NCBI RefSeq assembly: GCF_009914755.1
Contig: NC_060943.1
Source: the human T2T-CHM13v2.0 reference genome, Homo sapiens
Strand: one strand, 5' to 3'
DNA length: 64,000 nt
A model generated the notes under the pieces. That model did not search any database. It worked only from the letters and a program-made list of their open reading frames with translations, and was not told the DNA's origin. The position numbers were made by a program, and so were the translations under genes. Of this stretch, positions 17,701-29,700 are shown piece after piece (positions within the stretch are counted from its first letter, which is position 1; each line of letters starts with the position of its first letter).

Positions 17701-20700
17701 ATTCTGCAAAGAGATATTTGCGAGTGCTCTAAGGCCTATGGTGAAAAAGGAAATATCTTCACATGAAAACTAGACAGAAGCTTTCTGAGAAACTACTTTG
17801 TGATGTGTACATTCATCTCAAATAGTTAAAGCTTTCTTTTGATTGAGCAGTTTGGAAACACTCTTTTTATAGAATCTGCAAAGGTATATTTGTGAGCACT
17901 TTGAAGCCTATTATGAAAGAGGAAATATCTTCAAATGAAAACTAGGCAGAAGCTTTCTGAGAACCTTCTTTGTGATGTGTGAATTCATCTCACATAGTTG
18001 AATTTTTCTTTTGATTGAGCAATTTCGAAAAAGTGTTTTTGTAGCATCTGCAAATGGATATTTGTGAGCCCTTTGAGGCCGATGGTGAAAAAGGAAATAT
18101 CTAAACATAAGAACTAGGCAGAAGGTTTCTGAGAGACTGCTTCTTGATGTGGGCATTCATGTCACAGAGGTAGACATTACTTTTCATTGAGCAGATTGGA
18201 AACCCTCTTCTTGTAGAATCCGCAAAGTTAGATTTGGGACTGCTTTCAGGCCTGTGGCGAAAAAGGAAATATCATCACATAAAAACCAGACAGAAGCTTT
18301 CACAAAAACTTCTTTGTGATGTATGCATTAATCTCAAAGTGTTGAAACTTCCTATTGATTGAGCACTGTGGAAACAGTTATTTTGTAGAATCTGCAAAGG
18401 GATATTTGTGAGCTCTTTGAGGCCTATGGTGAAAAAGGAAATATCTTCACTTGAAAACTAGACAGAAGATGTCTAAGAGACTGCTTCGTGATGTGGGCAT
18501 TCATCTCACAGAGGTAAACATTTCTTTTCAATGAGCAGATTGGAAACTCTCTTCTTGTAGTATCCACAAAGGGATATTTGTGACCGTTCTGAGGCCTGTT
18601 TTGAAAAAGGATATATCTTCACATAAAAACTAGGCAGGAGGTTTCTAAGAGACTGCTTTTTGATGCGTGCATCCACCTCACACAGGTAAATGTCTCTTAT
18701 CATTGAGTAGATTGGAAACTCTTTTCTTACAGAATCTGCAAAGGGATATTTTTGAGCACTTGGAGGCCTATGGTGAAAAAGTAAATATCTTCACATAAAA
18801 ACTACAAAGAATCTTTCTGAGAAACTTCCTTGTGATGTGTGCATTCAGCTCACAGAGTTGAACCTTTCTTTTGATTGAGCAGATTGGAAACAGTCATAAC
18901 AGTCCTTGTAGAATCTGCAAAGGAATAGTTGTGAGCGCTTTGAGGCCTATGGTGAAATAGAAAATATCTTCACATAAAAACTAGACAGAAGATTCCTGAA
19001 AAACTCCTTTGAGCTGTGTGCATTTATCCCACAGAGTTGAACCTTTCTTTCCGTTGAGCAGTTTGGAAACAGTCTTTTTGTAGAATCTGCAAGGGGATAT
19101 TTGTGAGCGCTTGAGACCTATGGTGAAAAAGACCTATCTTCACATAAAAACCAGAAAGAAGGATTCTGAGAGACTGCTTCCTGATGTGAGCATTCGTCTC
19201 ACAGAGGTAAACATTTCTTTTCACTGAGCAGATTGGAAACTCTCTTCTTGTAGTATCCACAAAGGGATATTTGTGACCACTTTGAGGCCTGTGGTGAAAA
19301 GGGAAATATATTCCCATAAAAACTAGACAGAAGATTTCTGAGAAACTTCATTGTGATGCCTGCATTCATCTCACAGAGTTGAAACTTTCTTTTGATTAAT
19401 CAGTTTGGAAACAGTCTTTTTGCAGAAGCTGTAAAGGGATATTTGTGAGTGGTTTGAGTCCTATGGTGAAAAAGGAAAAATCTTCACATAAAAACCAGAC
19501 AGAAGATTTCTGAGAAACTTCTTTGTGATGTGGCATTTATCCCACAGAGGTGAACTTTTCTTTCAATTAAGCAGTTTGGAAACAGCCTTTTTGTTGGATC
19601 TGCAAAGGGATATTTGTGAGCCCTTTGAGGCCATTGCTGAAAAGGGAAATAACTTCATAGGAAAACTAGACAGAATCTTTCTGAGAAACTGCTTTGTGAT
19701 GTGTGCATTCATCTGACAGAGTGGAAACTTTCTTTTGGTTGAGCAGTTTGGAAACATTATTTTTGTAGAATCTGCAAAGGGATATTTGTGTGTGGTTTGA
19801 TGCCTATGGTGAAAAATAAAATATCTTCACATAAAAACTAGAAAGGAGCTTTCTGAGAAACTTCTTTGTGACGTGCGCATTCATCTCACAGAGTTGAAAC
19901 TTTCTATGGATTGAGCAGTTTGAAAACAGTCTTTGTGTAGAATCTACAAAGCGATATTTGTGAGCTTGTTGAGACCTATGGTGAAAAAGGAAATATCTTC
20001 ATATAAAAACCAGACAGAAGCTTTCTGAGATACTTCCTTGAGATGTGTGCATTCATCTCACTAAATAGAACCTTGAGTAGTTTGTAAACAGTCTTTTTGT
20101 AGAATCTGCAATCCGATATTTGTGAGCCCTTGGTGGCCTATGGTGAAAAAGGATATACATTCACATAAAAACTAGGCAGAAGGCTTCTGAGAATCTGATT
20201 TGTGATGTGTGCATTCATCTGACAGAGGTAAATGTTTCTTTTCATTGATCAGATGGGAAACTCTCTTCTTGTAGAATCTGCAATGAGATACTTGTGAGTG
20301 CTTTGAAGCCTATGGTGAAAAAGTAAATATCTTCACATAAAAAGTAGACAAAAGCTTTTTGAGAAACTTCTTTGTGATATGTGCTTTCATCTCACACAGT
20401 TCAAACTTTCTTTTGATTGAGCAGTTTGGAAAAAATCTTTTTGTAGAAAATGCAAAGGGATATTTGTGAGTGGCTTGAGGCCTATGGATGGAAAGGAAAT
20501 ATCTTCACATAAATACTAGACAGAAGCTTTCTGAGAAACTTCTTTGTGATGTGCACATTCATCTCACAGATGTAAACCTTTCTTTTCATTGTGGAGATTG
20601 TAAACTCTGTTCTTGCAGTATCTGGAAAGGGATATTTCTGAGCGCTTTGAGGCCTGTGGTGAAAAAGGAAATATCTTCACATAAAAAGTAGACAGAAGCT

Positions 20701-23700
20701 TTCTGAGAAACTTCTTTGTGAAATGTGCATACATCTCACAGAGTTGAGCCTTTCCTTTGACTGAGCAGTTTGGAAACAGTCTTTTTGTAGAATCTTCAAA
20801 GGGATATTTGCGAACACTTTGAGGTCTATAGTGAAAAAGGAAATATCTTCACATAAAAACTAGAGAGAAGTATACTGAGAAACTGCTTTGAAATCTGTGC
20901 ATTCATCTCACAGAGGTTAACCTTTCTTTACATTGAGCAGATTGGATATTATGTTCTTATAGAATCTGAAAAGGCATATTTTTGAGTGCTTTGAGTCGTA
21001 TGGTTAAAAAGGAAATATCTTCACATAAAAACTAGACAGAAACTTTCTGAGAAACTTCTTTGTGATATGTGCACTCATCTCACAGAGTTGAACCTTTCTG
21101 AGTAGTTTGAAAATAGTCTTATTGTCGAATCTGCAAAGGGATATTTCTGAGTGCTTGGAGGGCTGTGGTAAAAAAGGAAATATCTTCATATAAAAGCTAG
21201 AAAGAAGTTTTCTGTAAAACTTTTTTGTGATTTGTGCATTCATCTCACAGAGGTGAACAATTCCCTTGAGGGAAAAGTTTGGAAGCAGTCTTTTTGGAGA
21301 ATCTGCATAGGGATATTTGTCTGCCCTTTGAGGTCTGTTTTGAAAAAGTATATATCTTCACATGAAACCTCGACAAAAGCTTTCTGAAAAACTGCTTTGC
21401 GATGTGTGCATTCATCTCACAGAGTTGAACTTTTCTTTTTATTGACTAGTTTGGAAACAGTTTTTTTTCGTGGAATCTGCAAAGGGATATTTGTGAGTAC
21501 TTTGAGGCCTAGGGTGAAAAAGGAAATATCTTCACATGAAAACCAGACAGAAACTTTCTGAGAAACTTCTTCTTTTTATAGAATCTGCATATGGATATTT
21601 GTGAGCAGTTTGAAGACTATGGTGAAAAAGGAAATATCTACACATAAAAGCTAGACAGAACCTTTCAGAGAAACTTCTTTGTGATGTGTGCATTCATCTC
21701 ACAGAGTTTTGTCTTTCTTTTGAGTAAGCAGTTTGGAAACAGTCCTTTTGTAGAAACTGCAAAGGGATATTTTTGTGTGCTCTGAGGCATATGGTGAAAA
21801 AGGAAATATCTTCACATAAAAACTAGACAGAAGCTTTCTGAGAAACTTTCTTTTGATGTGTGCTTTCATCTTACAGTGTTGAAACTTACATTTGATTGAC
21901 TAGTTTGGAAACAGTCTTTTTGTAGAATCTGCAAAGGGATGTTTGTGATCCCTTTGAGGCATATGATGAAAAAGGAAATATCTTCACATAAAAACAAGAC
22001 AGAAGATTCCTGAGAAACTGCTTAGGGACATGGGCATTCATTTCATAGAGGTAAACGTTTCTTTTCATTGAGCAGATAGGAAACTCTGATCTTGTCAAAT
22101 CTGCAGAGGGATATTTGTGAGTGCTTTGAGGCCTATGGTGAAAAAGGAAATATCTACAGATAAAAACTGGACAGAAGTTTCTGAGAAACTTCTTTGTGAT
22201 GTGTGCATTCAACTCAAAGGTTTCAACCTTTCTTTTGATTGAGCTGTTTGAAAACACACTTTTTGTGGAATCTGCAAACAGATATTTGTGAGCGGTTTGG
22301 GGCCTATGGTGAAAAAGGAAATATCTTCACATAAAAACTAGACGAAAGCTTTCTCAGAAACTTCTTTGTGATGTGTGCATTCATCTCACAGAGATGAACA
22401 TTTCTTCTTGTTGAGCAGTTTGGAAAAAGTCTTTCTGTGGAATCTGCAAAGGGATATTTGTGAGTGCTTTGAGGCCTGTGGTGAAAAAGGAAATATCTTC
22501 AGATAAAAACTGGACAGAAGCTTTCTGAGAAACTTCTTTGTGATTTGTGCATTCAACTCAAAGAGTTCAACCTTTCTTTTGATTGAGCTGTTTGGAAACA
22601 CGCTTTTTGTGGAATCTGCAAACAGATATTTGTGAGCGGTTTGGGGCCTATGGTGAAAAAGGAAATATCTTCACATAAAAACTAGACGAAAGCTTTCTCA
22701 GAAACTTCTTTGTGATGTGTGCATTCAACTCAAAGAGTTCAACCTTTCTTTTAATTGAGCTGTTTGGAAACACGCTTTTTGTGGAATCTGCAAACAGATA
22801 TTTGTGAGCGGTTTGGGGCCTATGGTGAAAAAGGAAATAGCTTCACATAAAAACTAGATGAAACCTTTCTCAGAAACTTCTTTGTGATGTGTGCATTCAT
22901 CTCACAGAGATGAACATTTCTTCTTGTTGAGCAGTTTGGAAAAAGTCTTTCTGTGGAATCTGCAAAGGGATGTTTGTGATCCCTTTGAGGCATATGATGA
23001 AAAAGGAAACATCTTCACATAAAAACTAGACAGAAACATTCTGAGAAATTTCTTTGTGATGTGTTCATTGATCTTACATAAAGTTGAATCTTTATGTGGA
23101 TTGAGTAGTTTGGAAACATTCTTTTTGTAGAATCTGCAAAGGGATGTTTGTGACTCCTTTGAGGACTATGGTGAAAAAGCAAATGTCTTCCCTTCAAAAC
23201 TAGACAGAAGGTTTCTGAGAAACTGCTTTTTGATATGTGCACCCATCTCACAGAGATAAAAGTTTCTTTTCATTGAGCAGATTGGAAACTCTGTTCTTGT
23301 AGAATCCGCAAAGGGATATTTGTGAGCGCTTTAAGGCTATGGTGAAAAAGGGAATGCCTTCACATAAAAACTAGACAGAATATTTCTGGGAAACTTCTTG
23401 TGATGTGTGCATTCATCTCTCAGTGTTGAACTGTCTTTTGATTGAGCAGTTTGGAAACTGTCTTTTTGTAAAATATGCAAAGGGATACTTGTGAGCCCTT
23501 TGAGGCCTATGGTGAAAAAGGAAGTATCTTCACATAAAAAGTAGACAGGGGGTTTATGAGAAACTGCTTTGTGATGTGTGCATTCATTTCACAGTGTTGA
23601 ATCTTTCTTTTGATTGAGCAGTTTGGGAACAGTCTTTTTGCAGTATCTCCAAATGGATATTTGTGAGCCCTTTGATGCCTATGGTTAAAAAGGAAATATC

Positions 23701-26700
23701 TTTAATAAAAACTAGACAGAAGCTTTGTGAGAAACTTCTTTGTGATGTGTGCATTCATCTCACAGAGTTGAAAATTTCTTTTCATTGAGCAGTTTCAAAA
23801 CAGTCTTTTTGTAGAATATTCAAAGGGATATTTTAGAGTGGTTTGAAGCCCATGTTGAAAAAGGAAATATCATCACACAAAAACCAGACAGAAAATTTCT
23901 GAGAAACTTCTTTGTGATGTATACTTTCATCTAACAGAGTTGAACTTTTCTTTTGTTTGAGCAGTTGGGAAACTCTCTTTTTGTAGAATCTGCAAAGGGA
24001 TATTTCTGAGTGCTTTTAAGCCTATCGTGAAAAAGAAAATATCTTCATATAAAAAATACAGAGATGTTTTCTGAGAAACTTCTTTGTGATGTGTGCATTC
24101 ATCTGACAGAGTTGAAATTTTCCTTTGACTGAGCAGTTTGGAAACCATCTTTTTGTGGAAAGTTCCATGGGATATTTGGAGCGCTTTGAGGCCTATGGTG
24201 AAAAAGGAAATATCTTCACATAAAAACTGGACAGAAGATTTCTGAGAAACTTCTTTGTGATATGTGCATTCATCTCACAGTGTTGAAACTTTCCTTTGAT
24301 TTAGCAGTGTGGAAACAGTCTTTTTGTAAAATCTGCAAAGGGATATTTGTGAGCTGTTAGAGGCCTATGGTGGAAAAGGAAATATCTTCATATAAATACT
24401 AGACAGAAGCTTTCTGAGAAACTAATTTGTGATGTGTGCTTTCATCTCACAGAGTTGAATCTTTCTTTTGATTAAGCTGGCTGGAAACAGTCTTTTTGTA
24501 GAATTTGCAAAGGGATATTTGGGGTGCTTTGAGACCTATGTTGAAAAAGGAAATATCTTAATATAAAAAGTAGACAGAAGCTTTCTGAGAAACATCATTG
24601 TGATGTGTGCCTTCAACTCACAGAGTTGAACCTTTCTTTTGATTGATCAGTTTGGAAACTGTCTTTTGTAGAATCTACAAAGGGATATTTGGAGCTCTTT
24701 GAGACCTATGGTTAAAAAGGACATATCTTCCCATAAAAACTAGATAGAAGCTTTCTGAGAAACTTCCTTATGATGTGTGCGTTCATCTCACAGAGTTCAA
24801 CGTTTCTTTTGATTGAGCAGTATGGAAACATTCTTTTTGTAGAATCTGCAAAGGAATAGGTGTGAGTGGTTTCAAGCCTATGGTGAAAAAGGAGATACCT
24901 TCACATAAAAACTAGACAGAAGCTTCCTGAGAAACTTCTTTGTGATATGTGCATTCATCTCACTGAGTTGAAACTTTCTTTTGATTGAGCAGTTTGGTAA
25001 TAGTTTCTTGTAGAATCTGCAAAGGGATATTTGTGAGTTCTTGGTCACCTATGGTAGAAAGGGATATATCTTTACATAAAAAGTAGAGAGAAGTTTTCTG
25101 AGAAACTGACTTGTTACATGTGCATTCATCCCACAGAAGTAAACGTTTCTTTTCATTGATCTGATTGGAAATTCTGTTCTTCTGGAATCTGCAAAGGGAT
25201 ATTTATTAGCCCTTTGAGGCCTATAGTGAAAAAGGAAATACCTTCATATAAAAACTAGACAGAAGCATTCTGGGAGACTTCTTTCTGATGTGTGCATTCA
25301 TCTCACAGAGTTGAACCTGTCCTTTGATTGAGCAGTTTGGAAACAGTCTTTTTATAGGATCTGCAAATGGATATTTGGAGCACTTTGAGGCTTATTGTGA
25401 AAAAGGAAATATCTTCACATAAAACCTAGACAGAAACTTTCTGAGAAACTACTTTATGATGTGTGCTTTCATCTCACACAGTTGAACCTTTCTTTTCATT
25501 TAGCAGTTTGGAAGCAGTCTTTTTCTAGTATCTACAAGGGGATATTTGTGAGCATAAGGCCTATGGAGAAAAAGGAAGTATCTGCACTTAAAAACTAGAC
25601 AGAAGCTTCTTAGAAACTTCTTTGTGATGTGTGGATTCATCTCACAGATTTGAAAGTTCCCTTTGATTGAACAGTTTAGAAAAGGTCTTTTTGTAGTATC
25701 TGCAAAGGTATATTTGTGAGCAGTTTCAGGCCTATGGTGAAAAAGGAAATACCTTCACATAAAAACTAGACAGAAGTTTTCTGAGAAACTTCTTTGTGAT
25801 ATGTGCATTCATCTCACTGAGTTGAAAATTTCTTTTCATTGAGCACTTTGGTAACAGTTTTTTGTAGAATCTGCCAACTGATATTTGTGAGCCCTTGGTC
25901 ACCTATGGTGAAAAAGGATATATGTTTACATAAAAAGTAGAGAGAAGTTTTCTGAGAAACTGATTTGTGATGTGTGCATTCATCTCACAGATTTTAACCT
26001 TTCTTTTGATTGAGCAGTTTGGAAACTCTTTTGGTAGGATCTGCAAAGGGATATTTGTGAGCAGTTTGATGCCTATGGTGAAAAAGGAAATATCTTCACA
26101 TAAAAACTAGACAGAAACTTTCTAGGAAACTTCTTTGTGATTTGTACATTCATCTCACAGAGTTAAAACTTTCTATTTATTGAGCACTTTGAAAACAGTC
26201 TGTGTGTAGAATCTACAATGGGATATTTGTGAGTGCTTTGAGACGTATTTTGAAAAAGGAAATATCTTCATATAGAAACTAGACGGAAGCTTTCTGAGAA
26301 ACATATTTGTTATGTGTGCTTTCATCCCACTGAGATGAACCATTCTTTTGATTGAGCATTTTGGAAACAGTCTTTTTGTAGAATATGCAAAGGGATATTT
26401 GTGAGCCTTTGGTGACCTATGGTGAAATAGGATATATCTTCACATAAAAACTGGACAGAAGGCTTCTGAGAATATGATTTGTGATGTGTGCATTCATCTC
26501 ACAGAGGTAAGCATTTCTCTTCATTGATCAGATTGGAAACTCTCTTCTTGCAGAAACTGCAAAGGGATATTTGTGAGCACTTTGAGTCCTATGGTGAAAA
26601 AGGAAACATGTTTGCATTAAAACAAGATAAAAGCATTGGGAGAAACTTCTTTGTGACATGTACATTCATCTCATGGATATGAACCTTTATTTTGATTCAG

Positions 26701-29700
26701 CAGTTTGGAAGAAGACTTTTTGTAGAATGTTCAAAGGGATATTTGTGAGCAGTTTGAGGCCTACGGTGGAAAAGGAAATATCTTCATATAAAAACTAGAC
26801 AGAAGCTTTCTGAGAAACTCCTTTGTGATGTGTGCACTCAACTCACAGGTGTAAACGTTTCTTTTCATTGAGCAGATTGGAATCTCTGTTCTTGTGGAAA
26901 CTGCCAGGGGATATTTGGAGTGCATTGAGGCCTATGGTGAACAATGAAATATCTTAACATAAAAAGTAGACAGAAGCTCTTTGAGAAACTTCTATGTGAT
27001 GTGTGGATTCATCTCACAGAGTGGAAACTTTCTTATGATTGAGCAGTTTGGAAACAGTCTTTTCGTAGAATCTGCCAAGGGATATTTTGATCGCTTTTTG
27101 GTCTATTTTGAAAAAGGAAATATCTTCACATAAAAATTAGACAGTACCTTTTTGAGAAACTTCTTTGTGATGTGTGCATTCATCTCACACAGTTGAACAC
27201 TTCTTGTGATTGAGCAGTTTGGAAACAGTCTTTTTGTGGAATCTGCAAAGGGATATTTGGACAGCTTTGAGGACAATGGTGGAAAAGGAAATATCTTAAC
27301 ATACAAACTAGACAGAAGCTTTCTGAGAAATTTCCTTGTGATGTGTGCCTTCATCTCACAGAGTTGAAAACTTCTTCTGATTGAGCAGTTTGGAAACAGT
27401 CTTTTTGAAGAAACTTCCAAAGGATATTTGGAGGGCTTTGAGGCATATGGTGAAAAAGGAAATATCTTATCATAAACACTAGACAGAAGTTTTCTGAGAA
27501 ACTTCTCTGTGATGTTTGCATTCATCTTACAGAGTTGAAACTTTCTTCTGATAGAGCAGTTTTCAAACAGTCTTTTTGTAGAAACTGCAAAGGGATATTT
27601 GTGAGATGTTTGAGACCTATTTGGAAAAGGTAATATCTTAACATAAAACCTAGACAGAAGATTTCTGAGAAACTTCTTTGTGACATGTGCTTTCATCTCA
27701 CAGAATTGAACCTGTCTTTTGATTGAGCAGTTTGGAAACAGTCTTTGTGTAGAATCAGCAAATGGATATTTGGAGCACTTTCAGGCATATGGCGAAAAAG
27801 GGTATATGTCCACATGAAAACTAGACAGAAGTTTACTGAGAACTTATTCATAATGTGTGCGTTCATCTCACAGAGTTGAACATTTCTTTTCATTGAGTAG
27901 TTTGAAAACAGGTTTTTGTAGTATCTAAAAAAGATATTTGGAGTTCCTTGAGGCCTATGGTGAAAAAGGAAATATCTTAATATAAAAACTAGACAGAAGC
28001 TTTCTGAGAAACTTCTTTGTGATGTCTGCATTCATCTCACAGAGATGAAACTTACTGTTCATTGAGCAGTTAGGAAACAGTCCTTTCGTATAATCTACCA
28101 AGGTATATTTGTGTGCAGTTTGAGACCTATGGGGAAAAAGGAAATATCTTCACATAAAAAGTAGACAGAAGCTTTCTGAGAAACTACTTTGTGATGTGTG
28201 CTTTCATCTCACAGAGTTGAATCTTTCTTTTGACTGAGCATTTTGAAACAGCCTTTTTGTAGAATCTGCAATTGGATATTTAGAGCGATTAGAGACCTAA
28301 GGTGAAAAAGGAAATATCTTAACATAATCACTAGAAAGAAACTTTCTGAGAAACTTCTTTGTGATGTCTGCTTTCATCTCAAACAGTTGAACCTTTCTTT
28401 TCATTCAGCAGTTTGGAAACAGTCTTTTTGTAGAGTCTACAAAGGTATATTTGTGAGCTGTTTGAGGCCTATGGTGAAAAAGGAAATATATTTATATAAA
28501 ATCTACACAGAAGATTTTGAGAAATTTCTTTGTGATCTTTGTATTCATCTCACAGAGCTGAACCTTTCTTTTGATTGAGCAGTTTGGAAACAGTCTTTTT
28601 GTAGAAGTTGCAAATGGATATTTGGAGTGCTTTGAGGCCTATAATGAATAATGGATATCTTCATATAAAAACTGGACAGAAGATTTCTGAAAAACTTCCT
28701 TGTGATGTGTGCATTCATCTCACAGAGTTGAAACTTTCTTTTCATTGAGCAGTTTGGAAAGAGTCTTTTTGAAGAATCTACCACGGGATATTTGGAGGGC
28801 TTTGAGGAATATGGTGAAAAAGGGAACATCTTAAAATAAGAACTAGACAGAAGTTTTCTGATAAACATCTTTTTGATGTGTGCATTCATCTCACAGAGTT
28901 GAAACTTTCTTCTGATTGAGCAGTTTTGAAACAGTCCTTTTGTAGAATCTGCAAAGGGATATTTTTGAGTGGTTTGAGGCCTATGGTGAAAAAGGAAATA
29001 TCTTAAAATAAAACCTAGACAGAAGCTTTCTGAGAAACTTCTTTGTGATGTGTGCATTCATCAAACAGAGTTGAAACTTCTTTTCATTGAGCAGTTTGGA
29101 AAAAGTCTTTTTGAAGAATCTACCAAGGGATACATGGAGCTCTTTTAGTCCTATGGTGAAAAAGGAAATATCTTAACATAAAAACTAGATAGAATTTTTC
29201 TGAGAAACTTCTTTGTGGTGTGTGCATTCATCAAACAGAGTTGAAAGTTTCTTCTCATTGAGCAGTTTGGAAAAAGTCTTTTTGAAGAATCTACCAAAGT
29301 ATACATGGAGCTCTTTTAGTCCTATGGTGAAAAAGAAAATATCTTAACATAAAAACTAGATAGAATTTTTCTGAGAAATTTCTTTGTGATGTGTGCATTC
29401 ATCTCACAGAGTTGAAACTTTCTTCTGATTGAGCAGTTTCAATACAGTCTTTTTGTAGTATCTGCCAAGGGATATTTGTGAGTGGTTTGAGGCCTATTTC
29501 AAGAAAGGAAATACCTTCACTTAAAACTAGACGGAAACTTTTTGGGAAACTCCTCTGTGATGTGTGCATTCATCTCACAGGTTGAATCTTTCTTTGATTG
29601 AGTAGTTTGGAAACAGTCTGTAGAATCTGCAAATGGATATTTGGAGTGCTTTGAGGCCTAAGGTGAAAAAGGAAATAGCGTCACAAAAAAACTAGACAGA

